Source of the DNA: an uncultured Anaerolineales bacterium
Lineage (GTDB): Bacteria; Chloroflexota; Anaerolineae; B4-G1
NCBI GenBank assembly: GCA_964575455.1
Contig: CAZNRX010000007.1
Span: forward strand, 2,252-66,251
DNA length: 64,000 nucleotides
Reading direction: 5' to 3'
The notes beneath the pieces were generated by a model. It saw only the letters and a list, made by a program, of their open reading frames with translations. It was not told where the DNA came from and did no database searches. The translations under genes were made by a program, and so were the position numbers. Shown piece by piece: positions 1-10,621 of the stretch (the first letter of the stretch is position 1; every line of letters begins with the position of its first letter).

Positions 1-746
1 TCCTCGTCGACCACTGCAGCACGGGCGGTGTTGATCAAGAAGGCGCCAGGTTTCATCTTCGCTATCTCCGCGGCGCCTATCATCTCTTTTGTCTCCTTCG
101 TCGCAGGCACGTGGAGCGAGACGAAGTCACTACGTCTAAGAAGGCTCTCCAGGGCGACCATCTCCACCAGGCCATCGAGCTCCTCAGTGTCGGCATAGGG
201 ATCGTAGGCCAGCACGTCCATCTGCAGTGCCTGGAGGCGGCTGGCCAGCGCCCTACCTATCTGCCCACAGCCCACCAGCCCCACGGACCTGCCGCTGAGC
301 TCTGGACCCCGAAAATGGAAGTAGGGGATCTTCCCCTCCACGTGCCACCCGGTGGTGCGGAGATGCCTATCAGCCTCACATATGCTGCGTCCGATCGCCA
401 GGATCAGACCCAGCGTGAAATCCGCCACTGACTCGGTGTTGCGACCCGGCGCGTGGAGCACTGGAATGCCTCTCAGTGTGGCCTCTGCTACGTCCACGTT
501 GGAGGGATTGCCGCGGCAGGCCGCAATCAGCTCTAACTCCTTGGCGGCATCCATCACAGATGCCGTAACCTGCTCCACCTCGACCACCAACAAGGAGACA
601 TCTCGGATGAGCTCTTGCAGGCGCTCCTCCGACAGAGCATGATGGGTCTGTCCCCACCCCGCAAGCTCAACCACGTACCCCAGGGATTCGAGAAGCGGAA
701 CAGCCTGGGTGTCGAACTCTGCCAGAACGAGCGCTTTCCTCGTCAA
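1..746 (-). CDS. D-isomer-specific 2-hydroxyacid dehydrogenase (NAD-binding); partial, C-terminus runs off the window edge
   Basis: My minus-strand translation is continuous with no stops from 746 to 1 and contains [11 protein letters not shown] (GxGxxG Rossmann motif) and typical 2-HADH catalytic-domain sequence. TTG start with GGAGGGG RBS overlaps the upstream stop (TTGA). Confidence 0.7.
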   Translation of the reverse strand, partial: MTRKALVLAEFDTQAVPLLESLGYVVELAGWGQTHHALSEERLQELIRDVSLLVVEVEQVTASVMDAAKELELIAACRGNPSNVDVAEATLRGIPVLHAPGRNTESVADFTLGLILAIGRSICEADRHLRTTGWHVEGKIPYFHFRGPELSGRSVGLVGCGQIGRALASRLQALQMDVLAYDPYADTEELDGLVEMVALESLLRRSDFVSLHVPATKETKEMIGAAEIAKMKPGAFLINTARAAVVDE

Positions 747-2296
747 CTGTCCCCTCCCTCGCCGCCAAAGTGCTCTTGCATGCCATCGAAGACACGACGA
801 TATGCCCTGTAGTGTGGTTCGTAAGCCATCGCTCGCCCCGGATCGGCCTCATAGCGGGTCGTATCCGGCACCGCGAGCTGGCCTCCGTCCTGGCGACTCC
901 TGAGGACCAGCCGCGCTCCGGCCACCGCAGCAGGCTCTGGCACGTCCGGCACCTCAATGGCGCGCCCCAGGACATCGGTCATCATCTGGGCCCACAAGGG
1001 CACAGACGCACAGCCCCCTGTGAACAGGATGCGGTCGAACGGATGCGGAGCGACCCTCTCCAGATGCTCCAGGTTACCTCGCACACCGTAGCAGACGCCC
1101 TCCAAGACGGACCGAGCCAGGTGGCCCAGGCTGTGACTGACGTCGAAGTTGAAGAGAACGTAGGGGGCTTTGTCGCGCCAGGTGTCGACGGACCAGCGGG
1201 GGTTTGCCGCCACGGCTAGCAATCCGTCGCACCCGATGGGGGCGGCCGAAGCGGCTGCGTTAAGCTCATCGTACGGTACGGAGCCCGCCGCCCCTGTACC
1301 GGCATCCCCATGCGCCTCCAGCAGCAGCCTGCCCAACCATTCGTAGACCATGCCCGTGTGTCCGGCGTTCATCTCCGCCGTCCAACGGTCGGGAAGCAGG
1401 TGCGTGCTGACCCACGCATAGCGTTCTGGATCCACCACGGGGACGTCGGTGGTCAGCATCAGGGGCGCGGTTGAGCCCCCCACGATCACGACGTCGCCGG
1501 GTCGGGTGGCCCCGACACCCAGACTCGCGAACTGCGTGTCCCCTCCCCCAACGTGGACCGGCGTTCCCGGCAGAAGCCCCGTAGCGCACGCCACGTCCTC
1601 CTGCAGGCCACCCAGCACGTGACCGGCCTCGTGCACCGGGGGCAGGATGTCAGTGGGCAGCCCGAGTTCGTGCATCAAGCTATCGCTCCAGCCTCTTCGG
1701 CCGACATCTGCCATCTGCGCCGAGCAGACCATGGTGGCATTCGTGCCAAACTCACCACACAGACGATACAGCACCCAGTCGTGGATGAAGAGCATCGTCC
1801 CGACGCGATCCCAGACCGCGGGCCTCTCGGACCGGAACCAAAGCAGTTTAGGAAGGGTCAACTCCGGCGCCGACCAGTGCCCCGATACATCATAGAGCTC
1901 CTCCACGCCGCAGACGGCGTCGACCACGTAGGTGTACCCGGCGCCGCGCCGGTCGTAGTTGAGGACCCCAGGCCCCAGAGGATGCCCATCGGCGTCCAGG
2001 AGAACGAAACCCTGGCGAAGGCTCGTGGCAGTGATCCCCAGGTAGTCGTCAGCGGGCCGCCCGACGGTCTCCACGACCTCCCGGACCGCGCTGACGATTC
2101 CCTCCCACCATTCCTCCGGTACGAACTCGGCTCGGTGCAGGGCTGGGTGGCGGACCCTGGAGGGACGGGCAGCGACACCGAGCGTGCAGCCTTCCCGCAC
2201 CGAGAAGACGCAGGCTCGCATGCTCCCCGTACCGGCATCGATTACCAAGACCAGGTCTGACATGGGCGACGTCGTCGTGGCTGGCGCCTCCATCAC
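743..2296 (-). CDS. FGGY-family carbohydrate kinase (xylulokinase/glycerol-kinase-like)
   Basis: 517-aa ORF. N-terminal [13 protein letters not shown] matches the FGGY phosphate-1 motif. ATGA start/stop overlap with the upstream alcohol dehydrogenase gene. Confidence 0.8.
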   Translation of the reverse strand: MMEAPATTTSPMSDLVLVIDAGTGSMRACVFSVREGCTLGVAARPSRVRHPALHRAEFVPEEWWEGIVSAVREVVETVGRPADDYLGITATSLRQGFVLLDADGHPLGPGVLNYDRRGAGYTYVVDAVCGVEELYDVSGHWSAPELTLPKLLWFRSERPAVWDRVGTMLFIHDWVLYRLCGEFGTNATMVCSAQMADVGRRGWSDSLMHELGLPTDILPPVHEAGHVLGGLQEDVACATGLLPGTPVHVGGGDTQFASLGVGATRPGDVVIVGGSTAPLMLTTDVPVVDPERYAWVSTHLLPDRWTAEMNAGHTGMVYEWLGRLLLEAHGDAGTGAAGSVPYDELNAAASAAPIGCDGLLAVAANPRWSVDTWRDKAPYVLFNFDVSHSLGHLARSVLEGVCYGVRGNLEHLERVAPHPFDRILFTGGCASVPLWAQMMTDVLGRAIEVPDVPEPAAVAGARLVLRSRQDGGQLAVPDTTRYEADPGRAMAYEPHYRAYRRVFDGMQEHFGGEGGDS

Positions 2297-3321
2297 GGTA
2301 TCAGGACCGTCTTGATGGAGGTGACGCCCTCACCACTCTTGACGGCGATGGCCTCTCTAAACTCGGACAGCAGGAACGTGTGGGTCGCCATAACGCTGGC
2401 ATCGATCCGCTTCTCCTTCAGGAGCCTAATCGCCGTCGGGTAGCTGTGCGGGCTCAGGTGCCCTCCCTTCACCGTCAACTCCTTGAACTCACTGATCTGG
2501 TTGAAGTCGACCGTCGCCTCGCGACCGTAGACGCCAAAGATGACCAGCCGTCCGCCCTTGCGCAGAAGACCAAGCCCGGTGCGGATCGACGCTGGGCTGC
2601 CGGAGGCTTCGATGTACACGTCGCAGCCGCGTCCGTCGGTGAGGCGATCGATCTCGGCCTGCACGTCATCCTCAATCGGGTCTAGGGCACGGTCGGCGCC
2701 CAGCTGATGAGCGACATCGAGCAAGTCGGCATCGAGGTCAAGACCGATCAAGTGGCGGGGGTGCTTCAGGCGCGTCACCTGAAGCATCCCCATACCAATG
2801 GCTCCCAGTCCCCCGATCACGACGGTGTCGCGCAGCCCAATATCGCCCAGCTCGACGCCATGGATGGAGCAAGCGAGAGGCTCGACGAGAGCTGCCTCCA
2901 CTGCAGAGAGCTCCTCCGGCACCCGATGGACAATGGCACCTCGTGGAATCCGCAGATACTCAGCCCAGGCCCCCACGCAGGTGTCAGGCCGGTCGCATAA
3001 GTGGTAGAGCCCACGCTCGCAGAACCAGCACGTGCGGCACGGGACGATGATCTCTGCCGTGACACGGTCGTCAAGTCGGTACCCGCGGGCCTCCGCCCCC
3101 TCACCCAGCTCTGTGATCCTCCCTACGTACTCGTGTCCGGGTATGTACCTGTCGGGAAGCTCCCAGGGATGGTCCCCACTGAAGATCTTCCGGTCAGCGG
3201 CGCAGATGCCAGCGGCTTCGATCTGAATGACCAGGTCACCTGGTCCGGCGCGAGGTCTTTCGATTGTCTCGTAGTGGAAGTCATGGCCGTTGTGGACCAC
3301 CACTGCCTTCATGCTCGCCAT
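2293..3321 (-). CDS. Zn-dependent alcohol/polyol dehydrogenase (MDR family; sorbitol/threonine-dehydrogenase-like)
   Basis: GHEYVG Zn ligands and the CxxCxxC structural-Zn motif (CRTCWFCERG). Start moved to M11 (MASMKAVVVH), which has a GAGGAGG RBS. Confidence 0.8.
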   Translation of the reverse strand: MASMKAVVVHNGHDFHYETIERPRAGPGDLVIQIEAAGICAADRKIFSGDHPWELPDRYIPGHEYVGRITELGEGAEARGYRLDDRVTAEIIVPCRTCWFCERGLYHLCDRPDTCVGAWAEYLRIPRGAIVHRVPEELSAVEAALVEPLACSIHGVELGDIGLRDTVVIGGLGAIGMGMLQVTRLKHPRHLIGLDLDADLLDVAHQLGADRALDPIEDDVQAEIDRLTDGRGCDVYIEASGSPASIRTGLGLLRKGGRLVIFGVYGREATVDFNQISEFKELTVKGGHLSPHSYPTAIRLLKEKRIDASVMATHTFLLSEFREAIAVKSGEGVTSIKTVLIP

Positions 3322-3331
3322 AGCAGCCTCC

Positions 3332-4357
3332 TCACTCATCAGCGTTCTCATCCCCTGTCGCCGCTTCAGCGCGCTCGATCACGGCGGTGGCGGTGGGCGC
3401 ATCGGTGATGAGCACATCCAGGCATGACGTCCGCAAGGCGCCCAGGATAGCCTCCGTCTTCTCCAGCCCGCCGGCGACGGCCACGGTCATAGGCACCCCA
3501 CGCAGATGGTCCATGCTAAGGGCAACCAGCCGATCATCCACAGCGCACGTGACAGGCTGTCCGTCAAGATCGTAGAAGTGACCGATAATGTCCCCCACGG
3601 CACCTGCTTCGCGCAGCGTGTCGATCTCCTCAGTATTGCAGTTCCCCAGCTGTAGGAGCAGCATGTCCGGGCCCACGTCCCCGATGCCGATCATCGCCAC
3701 GTCCGATTCCGCCGCTTCCTGCAAGGCCCCCGCTATTTGCGGGTCATTTGCCAACGTGTCTCGCATCTCCGCTGTATCGGTCACGACGGGCGCGAAGACG
3801 TGCCGGGTGCGCCCACCACACGCCTTCGCTAGACTCCAGCTCACGTTGTAGGTGTCGAAGCCGAGATCGGTCTGACCGGCCCCACCGACCATCTCCTGAA
3901 AGATGCAGCCCTCCTTGTGTCCGTCCACCTCCAGGAAGGGTGGTATCTGGGCCAGGGTTCGGCCCATCCCGAGACCGATTCTGACGTTTGGCCGGATCAG
4001 ATCCTGCAGAAACGTGGCGCCCGCCTTGCCCAGAGAGCGCCTAAGGCCCTCCCCCTCGTCCTCGGTGGGAACGATGAAAGCATCGCTCAGGCCGAACCCA
4101 TCACAGAGTCGCTGCTCGAGCCGCAGGTGGCCCGTGGGTTTCGTGATGCGGAATTCGACGACGCCCGTCTCGCGCGCCTCCTTGAGGAGACGCGTCACCT
4201 TCACGCGCGAGAGATGGAGCCGCTCCGCTGTCTCCTTTTGTGTCAGGCCTTCGACATAGTAGAGCCAGGCAGCGCGGACGAGCACTTCCTCTTCACTGAT
4301 ACCTTTCACGCTCCGCTCCTTTGAACGATACGTCCCTCGCATCCGCCCGACAGCCAT
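3332..4357 (-). CDS. SorC/DeoR-family sugar-binding transcriptional regulator
   Basis: N-terminal HTH (GLTQKETAERLHLSRVKVTRLLKEARE) plus a C-terminal sugar-phosphate-binding domain, 341 aa. It heads the catabolic cluster. Confidence 0.75.
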   Translation of the reverse strand: MAVGRMRGTYRSKERSVKGISEEEVLVRAAWLYYVEGLTQKETAERLHLSRVKVTRLLKEARETGVVEFRITKPTGHLRLEQRLCDGFGLSDAFIVPTEDEGEGLRRSLGKAGATFLQDLIRPNVRIGLGMGRTLAQIPPFLEVDGHKEGCIFQEMVGGAGQTDLGFDTYNVSWSLAKACGGRTRHVFAPVVTDTAEMRDTLANDPQIAGALQEAAESDVAMIGIGDVGPDMLLLQLGNCNTEEIDTLREAGAVGDIIGHFYDLDGQPVTCAVDDRLVALSMDHLRGVPMTVAVAGGLEKTEAILGALRTSCLDVLITDAPTATAVIERAEAATGDENADE

Positions 4358-4462
4358 TGGCCGTTGGCAAGACTAACAGCCTCTCCCGCGTCCAGATCTT
4401 ACACTGCGCCACTGTGATTCCCCGCATTGCGTGCCTTCAGCGCCCCCCACACCAGGCCATAT

Positions 4463-5335
4463 TCACCGTCGATTGACGGCCTCTCGAGCCCAGGCGTCGT
4501 GCAGGATGGCGTAGAACTGATCCACGTTGAGGATTCGGGTAGGGAGATTGACGACGGCACCGTCATCCGCCTCGCTGTGGACGATCGTCCCGGACGCCAG
4601 ATCTGACAGCGCGGTCGAGACTCGCATGGGATGCTCGTCGAACAGGCTGCCGAAGGAGACATAGACCGCTGGCAGCAGGTCCCAGAGGTACTCGCTTGGC
4701 CCCAGCCCCTCAGCCACGCGCCAAAACAGGTAGTCACGGAGCATAGCATAGGTCTTGCTGCGGTCATACTGCTCGATGATCGGCAGCTGGCGCAGGTTGA
4801 AGGGCACTTGCAGGCAGATCTGCGCCGTCATGAGCGTCACGGGACAAGAGGCACGCAGCACCCGTTGTGCCGCGATGGGATCCGACGAGAGATTGAGCTC
4901 GCCAACCCTCTCCCAACCCGGTGCGTCCAGGGCGCCCGTATAGCCCCCCATGATCACGATCTCCTCGAGGTGATCGAAGAACTGCGGGTCTTGCTCCGCA
5001 GCTGCTCTCAGATTGTTCAGCGGACCGAGGGCCAGGACTGTGATCTCGCCTGGATGAGCGGCTGCGGTCTCGACGAGGAACCGTGAGGCGTCTGTCTGCA
5101 TCTCCCCAGCCTCATTGGCCCCTCGGTGCAGGGGAAGCGCCTGTCCAATACACTCCAGGAGCCGCTTCGTCGCCCCATAGGTCTGCTCTCCGGTGCTGTT
5201 GCCAAACACAGTGGTGACGCCCAGTACGTCGATGTCCGGGCGGCCGAAGAGATACAGAAGCGCCTGCCCATCATCGACAGGCTTCCCAGGCATGCCCATG
5301 GTGTTGTCACAGTCGCAGATCACGCGTCTTTTCAT
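4463..5335 (-). CDS. Nucleoside hydrolase (IU-NH family)
   Basis: N-terminal ICDCDNTMG....DDG aspartate-cluster motif typical of inosine-uridine-preferring nucleoside hydrolases. 290 aa. Confidence 0.85.
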   Translation of the reverse strand: MKRRVICDCDNTMGMPGKPVDDGQALLYLFGRPDIDVLGVTTVFGNSTGEQTYGATKRLLECIGQALPLHRGANEAGEMQTDASRFLVETAAAHPGEITVLALGPLNNLRAAAEQDPQFFDHLEEIVIMGGYTGALDAPGWERVGELNLSSDPIAAQRVLRASCPVTLMTAQICLQVPFNLRQLPIIEQYDRSKTYAMLRDYLFWRVAEGLGPSEYLWDLLPAVYVSFGSLFDEHPMRVSTALSDLASGTIVHSEADDGAVVNLPTRILNVDQFYAILHDAWAREAVNRR

Positions 5336-5389
5336 CGATGAGCACCCATTATCTCGGTAGGGCAGCAGCGGGCACGAAGCATCAGACCC

Positions 5390-6250
5390 TCACACCTCCA
5401 CCTGGTCCCAGGCCTGGAAGAGCACCTGCATGAAGCGTTCCCGATCAACTATAGTGCTGGGCATGTTGACGCGGCTTCCCTCTCCCTGCTCTCCGATTAC
5501 CAGCGTGCCGGTCTGGAGGTCCTCGACGGTGGAAGTTATACAAACCGGGTTCTCGTCGAACAGTTCCGGGTGGGAGAAGTAGACCGCGGGCAGCAAGTCC
5601 CAGAGATAGAAGACCGAGAGGCCACACGCCGCCTCCATCGCCTCCAGCCATTGGCGCAGGATCTGCAACGTTTCGGCGCGCCAATGACTCAGCTTCGACA
5701 GATGCTCTTCCTGGAAGGGCGCCTGGAGGCAAGTATGCGCGTTCATGACCGTGACAGGGCAAGGGGCGTGCAGGACATCGAAGGCCGCCCTGGGATCCGA
5801 GGCCAGGTTCAGCTCATCCACCTCTCGCTTACCCACACGCAGCGGCCGGAGATAGCCCCCCATCAGCGCTATCTCTTTCACCTGCTTGAAGAAGTCAGCA
5901 TTGACCTGCGCTGCCCCGCGTAGGTTGCCCACCGGCCCAATGGCCAGCACACTGATCTCTCCTGGATGGGCGGCCACGGTCTCGGCCAGGAAATGGGCCG
6001 CTGGCGTCGGTGCCTGGTCCGCCTCACCCGCACCTCTGTATAGCGGTATGTCCTCCCGACCGACGTCCTCCAGCAAGGCCTCGGTGACGGGATGCACCTC
6101 GTCGATGGTCCCGTTGCCGAAGGTGGTGGTGATGCCCACCACCTCGATATCGGGACAGCCCAGCAGGTAGAGGAGCGTCAGGCCATCGTCTACCTCGCGA
6201 TACGAAATGCCCATCGTGTTGTCACAGTCTAGAATCACGCGATGTGTCAT
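5390..6250 (-). CDS. Nucleoside hydrolase (IU-NH family), paralog
   Basis: The ORF-track entry runs to 6553, but homology starts at MTHRVILDCDNTMG (M102), which has a GGGGAGG RBS. 286 aa. Confidence 0.8.
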   Translation of the reverse strand: MTHRVILDCDNTMGISYREVDDGLTLLYLLGCPDIEVVGITTTFGNGTIDEVHPVTEALLEDVGREDIPLYRGAGEADQAPTPAAHFLAETVAAHPGEISVLAIGPVGNLRGAAQVNADFFKQVKEIALMGGYLRPLRVGKREVDELNLASDPRAAFDVLHAPCPVTVMNAHTCLQAPFQEEHLSKLSHWRAETLQILRQWLEAMEAACGLSVFYLWDLLPAVYFSHPELFDENPVCITSTVEDLQTGTLVIGEQGEGSRVNMPSTIVDRERFMQVLFQAWDQVEV

Positions 6251-6284
6251 TGGTCCTACCTCCCCGACGTCCTTTTCTGATGCG

Positions 6285-7403
6285 CTATGACTTGTACGGC
6301 GCCAGCAAGCAGTCCACCTGGGCCACGGTCTGGCGCAGGCTGCGCTGCCTTTCCCGCACCACTTCCGCGAGACCGAGCGACAACGCCTCGATTGAGGGTT
6401 CTGGATTCGCTCGCTCGACCGTTTCTCGCCACTGGGACGGAATGGCGTCTGTCCCGTGCAATGCCCCGGCGATGGCTCCACCCACGCTGGCGTAGCTGTC
6501 GTTATCGCGCCCGTAGTTGACGCACCCAAGGAGCGTTTGCGAGATATCTCCATCTGCCGCGACCAGCATGCCCAGGGCCACCGCCAGGGTCTGGGCGGCT
6601 TCTGAACCCAGGGGGCTCACCTGGAGGGCCTCGTAGTAGTCCGGTCTGAGACTGAACACGTCGTCGTGACGCTGGGCTATGTCGACCGCCTTCCGCACGA
6701 GTCTCTCGTTGACCTGAAAGACGTGCTCGTACCAGTGCCAGCGTCGTGTCAGCTCGCCCTCCACGCGGTGAGCCTCGGACGCGGTCATCACGTCCTCCAC
6801 TACCGACTCGACAGTTGCTTCTGGAGACGTGGCTGCCGAGACCGCTGCGGCGGCCATGGCTGCCGAGTACTTGGCGTACCCATCGCTGATGAAGTCAACG
6901 TCGTAGGAGAGCGCAAAGGCACGCTCCGGATCGCTCGGGCAGATGAGGCCTAGCGGGGCGTTCATCATGATGAAACCGTTGGTCGGTTGACCACCCCAGA
7001 TCAGCTTATCCTCCCCGTAGATGCCGGCCAGGACGTACTCCTCCAGGAAGCCGCGCTCCAGGTCAGTCTCGGCGGCGTAGTACGCGTCGATGCAGGCTTT
7101 GACCAGATCGCCCCGTCGGGGCAGTCCCTCACAGTTGAGGATGGCCCGACACAGGATGTGCTTGAGCCGCGTGTCGTCCGTGTAGCTGCCGGCCTCGGTC
7201 GAGAAATGCGAGTGGTAGTCGGGTGCATCCGCATACGGCAGGAGCTCGTCCACAACCCCGTGCTGCTCGACGATTTCCTCGTAGTGCCAGCCTTCCACGG
7301 GGCCGCCCATGGCATCGCCAATGGCGCCGGCTAGCATGGCGGCGTGGGTCTTGTCGAAAAGGATGGTCTGCTCCAAGTTGTCCGGATCCATGTCGATCTT
7401 CAC
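6285..7403 (-). CDS. ADP-ribosylglycohydrolase family protein (DraG/ARH-like)
   Basis: N-terminal AMLAGAIGDAMGGPVEG matches the ADP-ribosylglycohydrolase metal-binding signature. 372 aa. Confidence 0.8.
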   Translation of the reverse strand: MKIDMDPDNLEQTILFDKTHAAMLAGAIGDAMGGPVEGWHYEEIVEQHGVVDELLPYADAPDYHSHFSTEAGSYTDDTRLKHILCRAILNCEGLPRRGDLVKACIDAYYAAETDLERGFLEEYVLAGIYGEDKLIWGGQPTNGFIMMNAPLGLICPSDPERAFALSYDVDFISDGYAKYSAAMAAAAVSAATSPEATVESVVEDVMTASEAHRVEGELTRRWHWYEHVFQVNERLVRKAVDIAQRHDDVFSLRPDYYEALQVSPLGSEAAQTLAVALGMLVAADGDISQTLLGCVNYGRDNDSYASVGGAIAGALHGTDAIPSQWRETVERANPEPSIEALSLGLAEVVRERQRSLRQTVAQVDCLLAPYKS

Positions 7404-7409
7404 TCCATA

Positions 7410-8528
7410 CTACTTGTAAGAGCCAAATGCTCTTCCGACCTCGGCCATGACCTGCAGGCTCTCGACAGGCGTGTCGTGGTACATCTCGTCGCCGGTCATC
7501 AAGATGTACCCGCCGCCCACCTTGCCTGTCAAGACCGTCTTCTTGACCACTATGGCTATCTCCTCGGTCGTCCCTTTGCGGAGTAGGTGGACCTGGTCGA
7601 TGTTCCCGAGCACCACGCCCGAGTCTCCCAGGACGCGCTTGACGGTGCCGATATCCCCGTCCCCCATGGGCGGCGATGGGAAGGTCTCGAAGGCGTCGCT
7701 GCCTAACTCTGTGTACAGGCCGAGCAGGTTGCTGCTGTAGCCGCAGTTGTGATAGACGGCGCGAAGCCCGCGCTTGTGAAGCTCCTGTATGTAGCGGCGA
7801 TCGTAGGGCAGGACGTTCTCCCGATAGAAGTCCGGTCCGACGAAGTTGCCCTGGGCCATCAGCCCGCCGATCTGACAGAGGTCTGGCTTGAGCCCCTCCA
7901 GTGCGTCGAGCAACGGCGTCTCGTAGATGATGGCCCAGTTCAGCAAGCGCTCGTAGAGCGTGGGCCTCTCTAGGGCGTCCATGGTGAGCTGGGCCAGACC
8001 TCGCAGGTAGAGGGCTGCCCCCGTATGGGCGGCTCCGCCACCGTACGTGACCACGATTCCGTCATCCCCGATCAGTTCCAGGGCTCGCTCCAGCGGTTTC
8101 GTGTCGACGGGTGGCCTAACCACGCGGTATCGTTCCATCAGGCGCAGGTCATCCTCTGTGCTGACCAGGTGCTCGTCCGTATGGCGGAAGAACCGACCCG
8201 GTTGCGACTCCTTCACGACGACCACTTCGCGCAGCTCACCCTCGGGCGTCTCGATTGTCTTGACTCGCCTCTGCGCGCCGTCCAGGTCGCGGATTCGCGT
8301 CGTGAGCCGCCACTGGTCGGTCTGCCAGGTTGTCACCTCGTCCAGGTAGACGCGCAGGATGGTGTCGAAGCCAAGGGCCTTGGACACTCGGATCGTCTCG
8401 GCAAGGGTATCGAAGTCGGTGTGGCCCAGATACCCCTGCAGGAAGGCCGGGTCGATCCAGGCCACCACGGGCACCCGGTCCGGTATGCTGCCTTCCAGCA
8501 CGTTCAACAGACGCTGCCTCGAATCCAT
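7410..8528 (-). CDS. Uroporphyrinogen-decarboxylase (URO-D)-like family protein (MtaA/CmuA-type putative methyltransferase)
   Basis: 372 aa with URO-D fold-like sequence and an HNCG motif as in Zn-dependent MtaA-like proteins. No haem-pathway context. Confidence 0.65.
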   Translation of the reverse strand: MDSRQRLLNVLEGSIPDRVPVVAWIDPAFLQGYLGHTDFDTLAETIRVSKALGFDTILRVYLDEVTTWQTDQWRLTTRIRDLDGAQRRVKTIETPEGELREVVVVKESQPGRFFRHTDEHLVSTEDDLRLMERYRVVRPPVDTKPLERALELIGDDGIVVTYGGGAAHTGAALYLRGLAQLTMDALERPTLYERLLNWAIIYETPLLDALEGLKPDLCQIGGLMAQGNFVGPDFYRENVLPYDRRYIQELHKRGLRAVYHNCGYSSNLLGLYTELGSDAFETFPSPPMGDGDIGTVKRVLGDSGVVLGNIDQVHLLRKGTTEEIAIVVKKTVLTGKVGGGYILMTGDEMYHDTPVESLQVMAEVGRAFGSYK

Positions 8529-8633
8529 GCGTCTCCTAGTGGCGCCGCGAGACCGGAGGGCGGATGACCGCCCTCTCCCCGCGGGCGTTGGGCGAGACGG
8601 CGCCAGACCAACCCCGGTCGCAGACTGGGCATC

Positions 8634-9683
8634 TCACTCGCGTGGCATCAACCAGATGTTATCCCGGGGGAGGGTCAGCGAGACCGTGTCATCCTGGCAC
8701 AGACGCTTGGCCCAGGACGCGTCGGCCTCAACCTCAAACGACCACGCCTCCCTCCGCGCCGTGAGACGGGTGCACGTACCCAGGTAGATGCAGGTGTCGA
8801 TCTTGGCCTCGATGGTGTTTTCCGCCCCCTCCTCGCCGATCCGTAGGTTCTCGGGACGCACCGTCAGGATCACGGGGCCGTCTTCGATGTCCTGCTGGTT
8901 CACGTTGAAGACACCCAGCGGCGTCTTGACCTCCCGTCCCTGCTTCAGGCCTTCCAGGAAGTTGACCGCGCCGAAGAAGTGAGCGATCTCCTCGTTGGCC
9001 GGGCGCTCGTAGAAGGCGCTCGGCTCAGCGAACTGCTGGAGCTCGCCCTCGAAGATCAGGGCGACCTGGTCAGCCAACATGACCGCCTCCTCCTGGTCGT
9101 GGGTCACGAACACCATGGTGATGTCGAACTCGCTCTGGATGCCGAGGATGAGATCGCGCATCTCATCACGCAGGTGGGCGTCGAGGTTGCTGATCGGCTC
9201 GTCGAGCAGCAGGACCTTGGGCTCGATGATCAGCGCGCGCGCCAGGGCCACCCGCTGCTGCTGACCCCCGGAGAGCTGGCTGGGGCCGCGATCCTGGTAG
9301 CCGGGCAGGCGGACAAGATCGAGCATATCGGCCACCTTCTCGTCGATGGTCGCCTTGTCCACGTGGCGCATGCGGAGGCCGAAGCCGACATTATCGCCGA
9401 CCGACATGTAGGGGAAAAGCAGGTACTGCTGGAACACCATCGCAGCACCGCGCTTCTCGGCCGGGACGTCCAGCACCGATCGACCGTCGAACGTGATGTC
9501 GCCCTCCGTCGGCCACAGCAGTCCGGCGATCATCTTCAGGGTCGTCGTCTTGCCGCAGCCGGAGGGTCCCAGAAAGGCCGTGATCCTGCCCGACTCTATC
9601 GTCAGATCGAGATCGTTGACGGCCATGACCTCATCCTCGCCCTGGAAGACCTTCTTGAGCCCGTGCAGACCTACCTCAGTCAT
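8634..9683 (-). CDS. ABC transporter ATP-binding protein (PotA/FbpC-like importer ATPase)
   Basis: Walker A GPSGCGKTT, ABC signature LSGGQQQR, Walker B LLLDEP, and a C-terminal TOBE-like domain. Start re-called at MTEVGLHGL (M69) with a GGAGGCG RBS. Confidence 0.85.
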   Translation of the reverse strand: MTEVGLHGLKKVFQGEDEVMAVNDLDLTIESGRITAFLGPSGCGKTTTLKMIAGLLWPTEGDITFDGRSVLDVPAEKRGAAMVFQQYLLFPYMSVGDNVGFGLRMRHVDKATIDEKVADMLDLVRLPGYQDRGPSQLSGGQQQRVALARALIIEPKVLLLDEPISNLDAHLRDEMRDLILGIQSEFDITMVFVTHDQEEAVMLADQVALIFEGELQQFAEPSAFYERPANEEIAHFFGAVNFLEGLKQGREVKTPLGVFNVNQQDIEDGPVILTVRPENLRIGEEGAENTIEAKIDTCIYLGTCTRLTARREAWSFEVEADASWAKRLCQDDTVSLTLPRDNIWLMPRE

Positions 9684-10558
9684 GCCTCTACGCCTCCTAT
9701 TGCAACGCTCTCGCCCGTCAGGTAGCGAGAGCTGACGATCAAGTATAGAACCGACGGTGCGATGAAGATCAAGCACAGTACCGCTGTGAAGGGATGCTTT
9801 CTCGCTCCGGCAAACGTGAACAGCAGCAGGGGCACCGTCAGCACCCTCCCGCCGCTGATGAGAAGCGTGGTGATGTACTGACCCCACGAGATGATGAAGG
9901 CGAACAGCCCGGCCACAACGATGCCGGGCAGGATCGTGGGGAGCGTCACGTGGAGGAACGTGCGCACGGGGCCCGCCCCCAGCGTCCTGGCCTGCTCCTC
10001 GTACTCGGGGTCGTAGTTGGCGAAGACGCTGGCCATCACGGTGGTGACGTAGGGCGTGATGGGGATCAGATGGGCCAGCACCACGCCGACCATCGTCCCG
10101 GACAGTCCCAGCTTGATAAAGATCACATGAATGCCCATGAGGGACGTCATCGCGGGGACGATGGAGGGGGCCAGGATCAGGAACTCCACGAGTCGCTTAC
10201 CGCGGAAGTTGTGAAGTCCGAGCGCCCGTCCCGCCGGCACGCCGATGATCAGCGAAAGTAGGGTGGCAGCCAGCGCGATGATGCCCCCTGCTCGCGCCGC
10301 CTCACCGGCGCGAGAAGCCGGGGAGAGCACGTATCGCCAGGCGTGCAGGCTCCACTCGGGCGGAGCCAGTTTGGGGTAGAACCAACGGTTGGTAAACGCC
10401 CAAAGGACGATCGGAAGCAGCGGCAGCAGGATGCTCACCACGATGCCCGCCATCACCAGATAGCTCACCACGCGGAGAGGGTCGCTCCGTCCTGGTCGGG
10501 CCGCATCCCCACCACCCCTCACGCGTCTGAGGATTCCCTCGTATGCTCTATTCGCCAT
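9680..10558 (-). CDS. ABC transporter permease (PotC/CysW-like)
   Basis: Six predicted TM helices with the EAA-loop region. Overlaps the ATPase gene, suggesting translational coupling. Confidence 0.8.
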   Translation of the reverse strand: MANRAYEGILRRVRGGGDAARPGRSDPLRVVSYLVMAGIVVSILLPLLPIVLWAFTNRWFYPKLAPPEWSLHAWRYVLSPASRAGEAARAGGIIALAATLLSLIIGVPAGRALGLHNFRGKRLVEFLILAPSIVPAMTSLMGIHVIFIKLGLSGTMVGVVLAHLIPITPYVTTVMASVFANYDPEYEEQARTLGAGPVRTFLHVTLPTILPGIVVAGLFAFIISWGQYITTLLISGGRVLTVPLLLFTFAGARKHPFTAVLCLIFIAPSVLYLIVSSRYLTGESVAIGGVEA

Positions 10559-10621
10559 ACCACTCCCCCTGTTACACCAATATGCGCCGAGAAGCCAGCA
10601 GCCGTTCGTGTTCGCTTCACG

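Noticed and set aside
5390-6553. Long N-terminal extensions in ORF-track entries: 5390-6553, 8634-9887, 14430-15404, 17627-18970, 19729-21153, 22415-23821, 24661-26205, 34285-34812.
   Set aside because: The extensions have no homology, overlap upstream genes or repeats, and lack an RBS. Internal Met codons with GGAGG-type RBS coincide with the start of domain homology, so I re-called the starts. This is the usual high-GC open-frame artefact.
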